64,000 bases of DNA from Microbotryum violaceum (GCA_001244265.2 CDLV01000017.1:248001-312000); one strand, 5' to 3'. Positions 1 through 14,178 are shown, counted from the stretch's first letter. Made by a program: numbers and translations. Notes: a model not told the origin generated them from the sequence alone.

Positions 1-672
1 CTTACGACTCCTGCAGGACCCCCGACAGGACCCCGAGCTCTTTCAGGCTCCGTTCGCAGCACGTTCCATTCGACACCGCAACTCACGCCTGCGGCTGCTG
101 CTGCGGCTGCTGCCGGTGGTGCGACGAGTGGAGCGAAGGCGACGGCGACAGCGACGCCTACGGGCCCTCGGCCGGCGACGACGATCCCTACGGGCCCTAG
201 AGGTTGGAGGTCGGCACCCGCTCCGCCTGCGCCTGCGCCTTCTTCCTCCTCTTCGTCGGCGCTGGCGAGTTCGTCCTCCGCCGTAGCCACAGGGACCGAT
301 TCGTCGACCGCCAGTGGAAGTAGTAGCGACCTCACCAAATCTGCTCCTCCACCTCCTCCCGCCTTTGACCCCTCCATCTCACGCTACATCGTGCATCCTT
401 CCTCGAACCTCGTCGCCAAACTAAAAACTCTCGCCTCCGTTCCCGGTTCTCTCGAGATCGAAGCCGAGATACTCAAACTTCGTTCCGCGCGGAACAGCTT
501 GGGTTCAGTTGAGAGTACGGAGGAAAAGTATCGGCGGGAGAGGTGGATCATGGAGGATTGTCAGGTTGAGATGAGGTGTGCGAAGGAACGGACGAGGTGG
601 AGTGGAGGGGAGGCGATGGGTTTGGGTTTGGGAGGGGGTGGGATGGGAGGTGCGGGGTCCGGTATTTATTAG
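1..672 (+). CDS. 3' end of a low-complexity protein with PTGPR motifs and a short C-terminal helical domain (gene starts before the window)
   Basis: Frame 1 is open from base 1 to TAG at 670-672. It encodes three PTGPR motifs and Ala/Ser/Pro tracts, then LEIEAEILKLRSAR...EMRCAKERTRW. Confidence 0.6.
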   Translation, partial: LTTPAGPPTGPRALSGSVRSTFHSTPQLTPAAAAAAAAGGATSGAKATATATPTGPRPATTIPTGPRGWRSAPAPPAPAPSSSSSSALASSSSAVATGTDSSTASGSSSDLTKSAPPPPPAFDPSISRYIVHPSSNLVAKLKTLASVPGSLEIEAEILKLRSARNSLGSVESTEEKYRRERWIMEDCQVEMRCAKERTRWSGGEAMGLGLGGGGMGGAGSGIY

Positions 673-1095
673 GTCGGCGTTGGAATGGGGTGTTGGAAAG
701 GGGTGTTGGAATTTGAGAGTTAAAAGTGACTTGATTTTCACTGCGCTTATTGTGAGGTGTGTTGAGACGGGTGCCTCCCTTTTCCCGCCCGACAGCTTCG
801 GCGATCTCCCGTTGAAAAGGTCCGTGCGAGTCAAGCTGGCGATCGCCGAGCAACAGACCAGACGCATTGCCTGAGCCAAACGCTACTCACCTTCTCCCCT
901 CATCCTACACACCTCATTCTACTCCCGACACACCTCCAACAGGTCGCAACAACAGTTGTCTCACACATCCAACGTGTTGAACAGCTCATCCACCTCGCAG
1001 TACGCATCACACCTCTCCGATCTCCACGCGCCAGACCGCCTCCTCGATCCTCGCACCCCCGCCCAAGAAGGGTCCAAGCTCCTAGCTGATTCACG

Positions 1096-3010
<1,915 letters not shown>

Positions 3011-3392
3011 CTCGGAGCGGCTTGGAGGAGGAGGAGGGCGCAGTCAGTTTCCTAGTTGCATCGTATCGTCGGGACTCAGTGTTTGTCGTTCCGTTTCCCT
3101 GCTCGTATGTCTTGAGATTGGGCCTTAAATAATATGCAGCGTCAAAGTCGCGGTTGGTCCGATCGAAGGGCTTGTCACGTGACCTGGCTTCCCGTTCCCG
3201 TCCGATGAACGTAGCCAGTACACCGAGGTTCAAGCTACACGAGACGATTTCAAAATCTGCGGGCTGAGCATATGAGCTTACGTTCCATGGACAGCAATGA
3301 AACAAGGTGTGGTCGGCAGGCTGCAGCATGCAGCATTTGCCTGACGCTATTCATAGTAAACCGTGACGGCGGCCGCGCCAAATTGAGCGCCT

Positions 3393-3426
3393 ACGCGCGC
3401 TTAACCGACGACGCGACGAGGCGCGT
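3393..3426. promoter_or_regulatory. Cluster of MCB-like ACGCG/CGCGT elements upstream of gamma-tubulin
   Basis: ACGCG at 3393 and 3411 and CGCGT at 3422, 100-135 bp upstream of the ATG. Function is inferred from fungal MBF biology; short motifs are common in GC-rich DNA. Confidence 0.3.
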
Positions 3427-3525
3427 GTTCTGTTTCTCGCGGTGAGCGACTCCTCCGCCCCCTCTCCCCCCCTGTTTGCCTCCCTCATCTCTACCCCCCA
3501 CTTGCGCAAACGCATCCACGTAACC

Positions 3526-5659
3526 ATGCCTCGCGAGATCTGTACGTTCGATAGATCAGGACGTCGTACTGGTGCTAGCGGAACAGCTGATCTTTAGTAT
3601 GGCCCCTGCTTTTTGCTCGTAATGATGTCCACACAGTGACGGTCTCGGCTGGTCAAGCCGGAAACCAAAGTACGTTCCCGAACCCCAAACCGTTCTTATC
3701 CAAACCAAAAAACAAACACCCACTAACACCTAACCCACCCATCCAACTCCCCGTCCGCCGCTCCTCAGTCGGTTCCGAATTCTGGTCCCAACTCTGCGCC
3801 GAACACGGCATCTCGAAAGAAGGCGTTCTGGAAGACTGGGCCACGGATATGACCGATCGAAAGGACGTCTTCTTCTATCAAGCCGACGATGAACATTACA
3901 TCCCCAGGGCCGTGATGATTGATTTGGAACCGAGGGTAAAGTTGGGGTTTTTTCAATGGAGCTGGGCGAAGGAAGGATGCGCTTTCATACCCGTCGAGAT
4001 ACTTATGTCCGGGTTTTTTCCTTTTCCTTTTTCGGTATGGTTCATTTCAGGTGCTGGATTCGATCAAGTCGGGCCCTTATAAGAATTTGTACAACCCTGA
4101 GAACTTTTTCTACGATCCTCAAGGTGGTGGAGCTGGGAATAACGTGCGTCGAATGGGGCTGTCTCCAAGAGGGTTCGGGGGATGACGAGAACTGACTCCT
4201 CTACGCGTGGTGTTGTTCGGCACAGTGGGCGAAAGGTTACGCCGCTGGGGAAAGGGTGTACGAAGAAGTGATGGAAATGATTGATCGTGAGGCCGAAGGG
4301 AGTGATAGTCTCGAGGTGAGCGAGAGCATCCCTAAACGCTGGAGCGATCTTGCAGAGATGTAACCAAGCCAAGCGGCAAACCCTTCGTCTGCTTTCTTTT
4401 TTCCCGCACAGGGTTTTATGCTCCTCCATTCCATCGCAGGAGGAACAGGTTCCGGACTCGGTTCCTACCTCTTGGAAAGGATGAATGACCGCTACCCCAA
4501 AAAATTGATCCAAACCTACTCCGTATTCCCCGACGCCGATTCAGGGGACGTCGTCGTCCAACCGTACAACTCGTTGTTGTCGATGAAGAGGTTGACGAAC
4601 CATGCCGATTCGGTGATCGTATTGGACAATGCGGCGCTGAGTAAGATTTGTCAGGATCGGTTGCACGTCCAGGTCGCGTCGTTCGCGCAGACGAATCAGT
4701 TGGTCAGTCAGCGGTACCTTGGGAAGGCCGATGTGACGAGGAGATGAAGAAAGAAGGCTAAAACATGTCGATCCGTATTCTCTTCCCCTTTTAGGTCTCT
4801 ACGGTCATGTCAGCTTCGACGCAGACGCTGCGTTACCCGGGCTACATGAACAACGACCTCGTGGGGATGATCGCTTCCCTCATCCCGACCCCTCGGTGTC
4901 ACTTCCTCACGACTTCTTACACCCCCTTTACCTCGGACAAAATTGAACAAGTACGTCCAGCCCACTCATCATTCAGATCATCTCTAATGCTGATGGCATC
5001 CTCGTCCTTCACACATCGCAGGCCAAAGCAGTCCGTAAAACGACCGTCCTCGACGTGATGCGCCGTCTCCTCCAACCGAAGAATCGCCTCGTCTCGATGC
5101 CGACCACCCCCTCACGCCACGCCTGCTACATCTCAATCCTCAACATCATCCAAGGCGAAGTAGACCCTACGGACGTTCATAAATCCCTCCTCCGAATTAG
5201 AGAACGTAATTCGGCGACCTTTATCCCTTGGGGCCCGGCGAGTATACAGGTCGCTTTGACCAAACAGAGTCCTTACGTCCAGACGACGCATAAGGTTTCT
5301 GGATTGATGTTGGCCAATCATACCAACATCGCTTCCGTAAGTCCACGCTCTACATGTATAGCATCTTCATCTTGTTCTCTAAAGAAAATGTGGTTCTTGC
5401 CTTCGCACAGATCTTCAAACGCACGGTCGCGCAATACGACCAATTGCGTAAACGCAACGCCTTTATGCCGCAGTACCAAAAAGAGGCCATGTTCGAGAAG
5501 AACCTGGACGAATTCGACGAGGCGCGTGCAACGGTGCAAGATCTGATCGAGGAGTACCAGGCGTGCGAGAAGGCCGATTATATTGATTATGGAGCTGGGC
5601 CCGGGTACGTCAAGGGGGAGGATAGGAGGGAAAAAGGGAGGGAGGCGGTGGAGGGGTAG
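3526..5659 (+). CDS. TUB4: Gamma-tubulin (multi-exon)
   Basis: MPREI start; [67 protein letters not shown] and [10 protein letters not shown] are all gamma-tubulin signatures. Stop TAG at 5657-5659. Confidence 0.97.
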
Positions 5660-6320
5660 GGAGCGGGGATGAGAGTCGTCTTTGCTGGGGCTCGCGCGTC
5701 TGGTGTCTTTCGGACCGGTTTGTTTTTGTATCAGTTGTACTATTGCAGTAAGTAATTCCACCTCAACATTTATCACCACACCTTGGTACGGCCCAGACCT
5801 GGAGCGAAGGCGTTGACGAGGCCAGAAGCGCAAAAGCGTGGATCAGTACCGGGTTCCCACCTCTCGGTCATGCGTATATGGGTGGGTGGGTGTGCAAAGC
5901 CCCAGATTCACCCCCCAAACCCGAGTATCACGCATCAGAACCCCTGCACATTAAGTGGAACAGCGTCGATGATCCAAATTCCGAAACGAAACTGATCGAA
6001 AGTGATGACTTCTCCAATCTTGAACTTTGGGTTAGAAAGCGTAGGACGTCCCTCGATGCACGTCCGTTCCTTTACACGAGTCCTTCGCCCCGGGAGGGAT
6101 TCGGGAGAGTGTAAGAGGAAGGGACGTGTTTGTTTGGTTGGGACGTCTCGTCATTTGCGTTGGTGGTTTGAGGGGGGTGTTGGAGTGGACGACGACATGC
6201 AGACACGAGAGCTCGGATAGGGAAAGAACGCTTACATGGCACAAACCCTCAAAGAGAGGGAAAACAAAAAGGTCAGACCGAGCCGGGGAATACAAGTACA
6301 CATCGCCAACGGCTTGAGAA

Positions 6321-7652
6321 TCAGTGTAGTGCGGCCGTATCGAGCGCGACTCGGGTCGCTTCTTCGGCCGCTGTTGTGAGGCTCGGGAGATGCTGAATGG
6401 ATCGAGCAGAATAGAGTGAGTATATTTGGCATGCTTCGAGAAACACTCCTCCGGCCCAACTCTGCACGCACTCTGAGCAATCGGTTGATCTCGTCGCTCG
6501 CTTTGGCATAATCGTCCTGCGCTTGTTGAGCTGTTGGTCGTTCCTCGATGCTACCTGATAAATTACCTCGTAAAAATTAGCACGCCAACGATTCACAATT
6601 ACCCTGATGTGTCAAGGAACAAACCCTTGTTGGCGCCGACGCTCTTCCTCCCTTTGGCCTGCGGTGCTGCGGTCGAAGCGAACAAGACGGGCCGGGGTCG
6701 ATCTTCCGAAAAGGTCGGTTGCACGGCTTCGAGTTGGCTCAGCCGTTCCATATCCCTGGAGATGACGTCTTGAACTCCCTGACACACGGCAGATCATTGG
6801 AGGCTCGATTAAGCATAGTGCTTGCTCTCATCGATCGGCGGTCGTACTAACCAGCGCATAATTATTGGGCACATCGACCCTCTCCCGAGCGTTCTGTTCC
6901 CGCGCGTCAAACAGCGAATTTTGATAGTTCATGACGCGTTGATGCAGCACCTCATCAAAGGCCTTTGTCTTCGAGAATTCTGATGAGCCAGCAAAGTGGG
7001 ACGATGTTGGACAGTCTCTTTTAGCCCGGGTAGGAGAGACCGCTTCCAGTGAGACGTACTGGCTTTGCTCTTCAGAGCTTGGTATTGCGCGTAAGGAAGG
7101 CCTGCGATGGTGCAGTTGGACCAGACGAGTGGGGCCAAGCCTCTGAAGAATTCCTGTGGGGTGTAAGAGGTGGTCAGCTCACGCGGTCAGGAGGGCAGGT
7201 CACGAGCTCGTCGTGTGATTGGCGGGCGCAGATTGGCGATTACATGCATGCCGCGGTGTACCGTACACCTCCCAGCAAATAAACACCCCCCAACACATGT
7301 ATGCCGCCTCTGGATCCGGGTGCACCTCTCGTTGCACCTCCGCTACGCTGCTCGCTCACTCAACTCTCGACCCTGCGACCGCTTCCCATATCACTTCTCT
7401 CCAGCAACTCACCTCCAAAACAACCTTTTCGACTTCCCCCCTATTGGCCCCATTGGCCCCATCCCTGAAAATGATATCGATACTTTTCTTGAGCTCGCTC
7501 TCGAGACGCGACAGGACGGCCAACAACTCGGCTTCCGTGTCGTATGCCAACGGAGGTATGTCCTCGCGCGAGAGCAGGCGGTCCAGGGGCGCGGGACTGG
7601 GGGATCGGGCTAGATTCGAGGTGAGGTGGTGGTTGGATGTTAAGGGGGCCAT
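6321..7652 (-). CDS. Probable kinetochore Mis12-complex subunit Nsl1/Mis14-like protein (6 exons, not visible as one ORF)
   Basis: Manual splicing at GT-AG introns gives one open frame: MAPLTS…LESELKKSIDIIF…EVEKVVLE/EFFRGLAPLVWSNCTIAGLPY…/KTKAFDEVLHQRV…ARERVDVP…/…EINRLLR/HLPSLTTAAEEATRVALDTAALH*. The N-x-T-I-x-G, FDE-L--R and LP…A--V pattern resembles the Mis14 family. Confidence 0.65.
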
Positions 7653-8260
7653 GATGTGCGATGAGCGCGGGGTTTGGAGGTGGTGAGGCCGAGCGAGCAG
7701 CGCAAACAGGCGCGTCGGCACGCGTGAAGAAGGGTTTCCAACTTGGGGTTAGTGCTAATGGGTTTTTGTATTCTCCAATTCCACTCGAGTTCTCTCGTTT
7801 CGTCGGCTTTCGCAAGACATCTTGCCAGCAACACTTTGTCCGGTTTATTTGTTTGGCTAGATTTCCATCGGTGATGTTTCGAGCAGACGGATCTCTTGCC
7901 GCTCTCGTGAGCTGAGAACCTTCAACTCATTCGGCCAACATCGCCGACTCCCGAGCCGATCTGGAGCCGCGCGTGTCCGAGACTTCGGCTTTAGACGGCT
8001 TTGGTGTGAGGTCAGGGTCCCTCGGAGGTTCCTCGGTGCCTCTTGAGGCATGCTCACTCACACATGGCATGGCCACTGCAACCATCGTCGCCTCAACTCC
8101 GCCGAACCAGGGTCGATGGACCAGCTCCTCGTCTTGTCTCCTCGTCATCTGTCTGCCAGCAGTCGTACTTACTGCATCAGACATCACTCGGTATATCTGC
8201 CCGAGGTTGAGTTTGACTTCACATCAGGATCCGGAATTAGGTTAATCGCGCGAATAGCAG

Positions 8261-8400
8261 GGCACTTTGGTCCCGAGGATGGCAACTCTGGTCCCACATC
8301 GGAGGCGACTCTGGTCCCACATCGGAGGCGACTTTGGGATCACATCGGAGCGGACTTTGGGATCACCTCGATGCGGACTTTGGGATCACATCCGAGGTCA
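8261..8400 (+). repeat. 23-bp tandem repeat array (GGAGGCGACTCTGGTCCCACATC consensus), left arm
   Basis: Units start at 8301 and 8324, with degenerate 22-23 bp copies on both sides. Confidence 0.9.
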
Positions 8401-8931
8401 TTCTTGTACCACGTTCATGGGGACTTTGGTACCACATAGTATAGACGCCTGTATCTCTTGCAATGTGTGATGTATCACTCTGGGAACAGTAGTTTGATGC
8501 ATGTACAGGTCTATAGTACTTCTGGTCGGTGAGACGAGGCGGACGAAGCAGTAGCTACTACATCGATGTTCTGCCCCGCTTGGCCTCTCCGCGCCCGTGG
8601 TGTCAGCGGTCCGGCGCCCGAGCCGCCAAGGCCGACGCTCCCGAACGTGATTGCGCCGACTCAGATTAGACCAGAATTGGCACCGGTCCCTCGCTTCTCT
8701 CATCCATGAAGAACAGTTCATAGAGATCGAACGAAGATACAGATTCTACTAAGTCACGCTTCGACATCGGAGGACTTTTGCTTGTATGATCATTGCAGTT
8801 GAATGATGTTTCCCCGATCTCTTTTGCAGGCCCTCGAGCAACGACGGCCATCTGCAGAACCTCCACAACAGGTCGACCTTCGCGGGTTGCCTCCAAGCTT
8901 CTAGAAGAGCGATGGGCAGTTCTGGACGTCA

Positions 8932-9687
8932 TCAGATCCCCACTGCCACGTCCGACGGATGTTGATGATGAGCAGACGAGGGCGCGTTACCGTAAGGTCG
9001 CTCGACGACAGCGAGACAGCATTCATATTTGCGTAGAGCCCAGTCATGCGTCTGTTGATATATCTCACGAATAAGAGTTGAGTCGATCACAAAACGAAAC
9101 AAATCGCCGCGCAGCACGCAGCTTCGACACGCCTCTGTAGCTATGAACCTTGGGAGCTCCAGGACAAGGAGGTTGCGTACCAGATTTCTGCTTGCGCGGA
9201 ACGAGCGGCCTGAGATGGAGCTCGTTGTGCTCTGCAGCCGTGAAGATGATGTTCGAGAAAAATTCCTCCGCGCGTCGTGTTCGACAGTTCGTCGGTCTGC
9301 GTTCCGCCGAGAGAGCTCGCAGGTATGCCGGTCCAAATCTTCTTGTCTTTTCGAGCCAGGAGTGGTGCGGAGACGACGTCGGTTGTTAGGTAACACCTCC
9401 TCTGAACTGTCTTCTTCGACTCCGTAGTATGAATCGCTTGTCGAATCCTCTTCGAAGTCGCTGGAACAGTTCTTGCGAGAGTTCGAAAGCCCCGAGGCTG
9501 ACTCGGAGGAGGTGCGAGACATCGAGGACTTGGGGGGGACCGCGACCAAAGCTGCCGAGAGTTTCGAATCATCCTCATCCTCATATGAATCCGATCCATC
9601 ATCCGGTAGGTATGGCTCTGGCGAGCTTTGTTGTCGCAGCGCAATGGGTGAGCGGTCCCCTTTGTGTTTGACTTCCAGTTGGTTCAT
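8932..9687 (-). CDS. Hypothetical acidic/Ser-rich ORF inside the inverted-repeat element (possibly degenerate)
   Basis: 251-aa ATG-started ORF with D/E/S tracts, an Arg-rich basic patch and a CRSC…ECC motif. No family recognised. Confidence 0.3.
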   Translation of the reverse strand: MNQLEVKHKGDRSPIALRQQSSPEPYLPDDGSDSYEDEDDSKLSAALVAVPPKSSMSRTSSESASGLSNSRKNCSSDFEEDSTSDSYYGVEEDSSEEVLPNNRRRLRTTPGSKRQEDLDRHTCELSRRNADRRTVEHDARRNFSRTSSSRLQSTTSSISGRSFRASRNLVRNLLVLELPRFIATEACRSCVLRGDLFRFVIDSTLIREIYQQTHDWALRKYECCLAVVERPYGNAPSSAHHQHPSDVAVGI

Positions 9688-9872
9688 CGCTTAAGTTGTT
9701 AACATGAGCGTACTTGGCGTCGTCTAGAAGGTACCCCATCCAGGCGTTGTTGTGCTCGAAATGGACGAACTATCCGCTCAACAAGGAAGGAAAGGGGCGC
9801 TTTGTGTGAGGGTTGTATGTGTACGAGTGGGCGAGTGGGATGTAAAGACGAGGAGCGTACGAAGCTTCAATG

Positions 9873-9875
<3 letters not shown>

Positions 9876-9907
<32 letters not shown>

Positions 9908-9945
9908 AAATAAAATCAAATCAAATCAAATCAATAAAATATCAA
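9876..9945 (+). repeat. T31 homopolymer followed by (AAATC)n
   Basis: T run at 9876-9906, then gaaataaaatcaaatcaaatcaaatcaataaaat. Confidence 0.9.
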
Positions 9946-10429
9946 ATGCTCGTTTCAGCGGCATTCGTGAGTTTGCCGGTTTCTAATAAGGGATCTAACG
10001 GTTACAGGCCTTATGGAGCTAGAGCTCACCCGTGTGGCTTATGTGATGGCGTCACTGAACTGGTTAGTGATAAGGACGTTACAGTGGCAAGGCATAGGGA
10101 AAAAAGGTTTGCTCCACCCTACGATGTTTGTTGCATGCAACGCTTGCTGCCTCGTCACTGCCAGACGTTGACAGTCCGATAGTCGTCCGGATTAGGTCCC
10201 GGGATCGCTGACACCACGGCCGGGCGCCGGAGCGGCCAAGTAGGCCAGGGAAGAGCCTGATGTAGCAACTACTACTGCATTGTCCGCCTTTTCTCACCGG
10301 CCAGAAGTACTATAGACCTGTACATGCATCAAACTACTGTTCCCAGAGTGATCCATCACACATTGCAAGAGATACAGGCGTCTACACTATATGTGGTACC
10401 AAAGTCCCCTATGAACGTGGTACAAGAAT

Positions 10430-10616
10430 GACCTCGGATGTGATCTCAAAGTCCGCACCGATGTGATCCCAAAGTCGCCTCCGATGTGGGACCAGAGTCG
10501 CCTCCGATGTGGGACCAGAGTCGCCTCCGATGTGGGACCAGAGTCGCCTCCGATGTGGGACCAGAGTTGCCTCCGACGTGGGCCCAAAAGCCGACCTTAT
10601 GTGAGCCCAGAGTGAC
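10430..10616 (-). repeat. 23-bp tandem repeat array, right arm (inverted relative to the left array)
   Basis: ACCAGAG recurs at 10491, 10514, 10537 and 10560 (period 23). Confidence 0.92.
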
Positions 10617-10806
10617 GAGCGAGTAGAGCGGTTATGTGTGCGTGCAGTCAGGATCAGTCGGCGTCTTGTCAACGTCTTGATAACGCCACTGCATCTGTTT
10701 TACAAGTTTGGCTCAACTAGTACGATCAACAAGTCAACAAGAATCCACGCTAAAACCGGACTAGGGCACCACGCCAGTCCAGACAACTCAACAATCCTTG
10801 TCCGGC

Positions 10807-13800
10807 ATGTTCGTGAACATGAACCTTTCGCTAGCTCTTGCGCTTCTCACCGCGGGTTCCACCCTCCGCGCCTCAGGGACCCTCGCCTCAGGGACCTCTG
10901 CAGCAGCTGCCTCCAAATCTGCCAAGTTCTCGAAGGCGATCGCCGATACGGGCAAAGGGACGAGTCGGATTATTCCCGGGCGGTATATCATTGCGGTTAG
11001 TGGATCAACTGGTACTTTGAGTAAGAGGGATTCTCAAGTGGTGAGTGTCTAGCCTGCAAGTGTGGGATTAGTTGGTGCATACGCGGGCGCCCAGTCTCTC
11101 GTTCGATTCTCGGCAGCTATAACACTGACCCCTGTGTATAATTGTTCCTGCTTCTTGTTGTGGTCGCTGGGGTTGAAAGGCTATTTCGAGTGTCCTCAGC
11201 AAGATCGGAAACACCGGCATCGATGTCAAAACCCACAAATTATATCAGTCTCCCGGTCTACTCACCGGGGCGAGCATCCTCGTGCCAGCAAACACTACCG
11301 AGGCTCATCTACTAGATATTCCAGGTGTCACAGTCAGTTGTACCCTCGTGATATCAGATTTTAACAGTTTACTTCATGACGTGCTGATGATGTTTTCCCC
11401 TCTGCGCGTAGCATGTCTGGCCGGTTCGAAGCATCTCGAGACCCAAAACATTTTCATCGTCGGGTTCTGCGTCTACCTCTCACCCCTCTGGTACCGACTC
11501 TAGCGAGCTTGTCCGACGGGCTCCTCTCGAGTCCCGAGGTGACGAAGACTTCAAGAACGACCAGTTTCCGCCCCATCAGATGACCGGGGTCGATAAAATG
11601 CACGCCAAGGGCTGCCTTGGAGCCGGCATCAAGATCGCAATTCTCGACACCGGCATCGACTACAAGAACCCGATCCTCGGCGGTTGCTTTGGCAAGGGTT
11701 GCAAAGTCGCTTTTGGCCATTCCTTTGTTGACGATGAGGGAGACTTCATCAACGGCCCTGACCCGTATAGCACCTGTCTGGAGCACGGCACGCATGGTGA
11801 GCCCAACATAATCTGAGCAGCTGCGGATCCCAGAGCTAACCCCCATGACTCGTTCCGTTAGTTGCTGGTACCATCGGGGCCAACCCCAACAAGTACGGAT
11901 TCACGGGAGTTGCACCCAAAGCGACTCTCGGCATGTATCGCATCTTTGCATGCTCTGGCTCAGCCACAGACGACACCATCGTTGCAGCCATACTCCGCGC
12001 CGCCGAGGACAAAGCCGACATCATCAGTATGAGTCTCGGAGATCCAGGTAGTTGGTTGGACTCGACAGCGCCGCAACACGTAGCCGACAAACTTCTCGCT
12101 CAAGGTATGCATGTCATTGTCGCATCTGGTAACTTGCAAGACGAGGGTCTGTTCGCTGCTTCGACGCCCGCAGCTACTCGAAGTGGGATCAGCGTCGCAT
12201 CCGTCGATGCCGATGTCGTCCCAGGTTACAATCTCGTCTTCAAGACGGGTCGTTATCCGCCGATGTCTTACTTCTCCGCCATGCCGTTCGAGACTGAAGA
12301 TGTGCTCTCGCTATACTTTACCTCGCCTGAATCCGCTAAGGAAGTGGCGTGCGAGACCTTGCCCGACTCGACGCCGAACCTCAAGGATCGACTGGTCGTG
12401 GTCAAACGAGATCAATGCGCTACAGACGATATGTTCACCAACCTCGCAGCCAAAGGGGCCCGCTTCGCTCTCGTGTATGGCTCAGTTGGTAGCGAAAATC
12501 AGCCGTACTATGATACACAGGGTACAAACCTGACAGCCGCAGGAGGAATCAGCAACGTGAATGCACTTGAGTTGCTCAAGTACTATCGCGCGCAAAGGAG
12601 CAAAGGTCCCAAGGTCGCGTTTCCAAGCAAGCAGCTTCGCCTTGAGCAAGTCCTTAGCGGTGGTCAAGTCAGCGACTTCAGTCAATTTGGCCCCACGAAT
12701 GACATGTTCGGCCAGCCTAGCTTTGGTGCGCCGGGTGGAGACATCCTCTCGACCTTTCCCTTGTCTTGGGGTGGCGTTGGGGTCATCAGTGGTACCTCAA
12801 TGGCCACCCCTTTCGTTGCGGGTGCGGTGGCGCTCATCCTCTCTGCTCGCAAGTCGGAGAGGCTCACGCCTGTACAGATGCGTCAACTCCTATCGTCGAC
12901 ATCCAAGTCGATCCCGGTCAAGAAGGGGACCAAGAGCCCCCTGACGACGGTTGTTCTCCAAGGTGGCGGCCTGATCCAGGTCGATAAGGCTTTCGAGGCC
13001 AAGTCGTACTTTAGCCCCAACGAGTTGTATCTCAACGACATGGCTCACTTCGCCGCCACGCAGACGGTGACGATTACGAACAAGAACTCGAAAGCGGTCA
13101 CGTACCGTTACTCTGACACGGGTGCCCAACCTCGTCTTGTGTACGATAAGAAGGGACAGTACAGCCCTTCGCTCAGCCCTGGTGCCCTGTCGAGGGGCGC
13201 TTCGGTCACCTTCCGCCCCCGGACGAGTCACGATCCAGCCCGGCAAGACATCGACGTTCCAGATCAAGTTCCAGCCGCCGCAGTTCTCTGCCGGTCAACG
13301 CTCGCTCTTCCCCGTCTACAGCGGTTTTATCATGATCACCGCCGACAACAAGGAGTCGTTCCAGATCCCCTACTTTGGTCTCACCGGTAACATGCGCGAT
13401 ATGCAGATTCTCGATCAGACGGATGTGTATGCGGGTCAATACATGGCGGGACTCAGGTATCCTTATGTGGCCGACTCGAAGCTGGGTCTCCAATCAAATC
13501 CGAACTTCGTCAGGAGTTACGAGATGGCAAACGGGCCGATCATTGCGTTCCGCCTTTCGCGTGAGTCTGAGCGTCCACTTCCATTTGGGTTGCACCAGCT
13601 ACTGACCCGCACGCCCTTTTACTGCAGAGGCAACTCGAGCTTATAACATCGACCTTGTGTTTGCCAATAAGACCTTTAGATCAACAATCTCTCCTGCAAA
13701 CAACGCCGGTTTGCTCCTTGGATCCACCAAAACCGCTAAAGTCGAACTTCAAGGCCTCGAGTTCGCTCGCAACCTCGGTGAGAGCTCGTCCCTCGGCCCT

Positions 13801-14178
13801 CGTCGTGAAAGCCAATCGTACGCTTCGGTCCCCATCGTCGGCCGCATCAAAGGGGCCCTCAACGTACCTCGAAATCTGGCTGTAGATGGTCAGAATCGTT
13901 TTTCTTTCACGGACCAAAAGGTTTTCAATGGGTGGTACCAGACGACGCCGACGAGTCGGAGGTTTGAGACGGCGAAGTTGGGGACAGTTTATCGGTTCTT
14001 GTTACGGTGAGTATGAATCACGGAGTATTTTAGGCTTACTCGATCGCATCACTGAAATGCTTTGTTATTGGGATATTATAGCGCGGTCAGGACGACCGCC
14101 GACCCCGCCGACGAAGGGAGCTGGGAGAGTTGGCTCAGTCCACCCTTTGAGTTTTCGGCGATATACGACGCGCTCTAG
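10807..14178 (+). CDS. Secreted subtilisin-like S8 protease 1 (signal peptide, I9-type prodomain, S8 with PA insert, Fn3-like C-terminus); +1 frameshift at 13216-13220 truncates the C-terminal domain
   Basis: Catalytic triad ILDTG / HGTH / SGTSMATP is intact. Intron positions match the two paralogs. The last exon reads AVRTTADPADEGSWESWLSPPF. A C5 run (C4 needed) shifts the frame to a stop at 13388-13390. Confidence 0.88.

Larger units (their letters stand above)
8261..10616. mobile_element. Fold-back/TIR-like element: ~350-410 bp inverted arms with terminal 23-bp tandem arrays around a ~1.6-kb interior
   Basis: 8261-~8612 is the reverse complement of ~10200-10616. The core is highly similar (gtaccacatagt…gcatgtacaggtctatagtacttctgg) and decays inward. 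No transposase and no clean TSD seen. Confidence 0.6.

Noticed and set aside
8261-10616. 23-bp repeat arrays as a CRISPR-like array
   Set aside because: The units are head-to-tail with no unique spacers, the context is eukaryotic and there are no cas genes.
8248-10629. Degenerate TSD (gcgcgaatagcag / gagcgagtagag) or CACTA termini for the fold-back element
   Set aside because: The match is too imperfect, and the CACT motifs are simply part of degenerate 23-mer units.
11062-11120. tRNA-like GTTCGATTC in the first intron of subtilase 1
   Set aside because: No complementary T-stem or acceptor stem can be formed.
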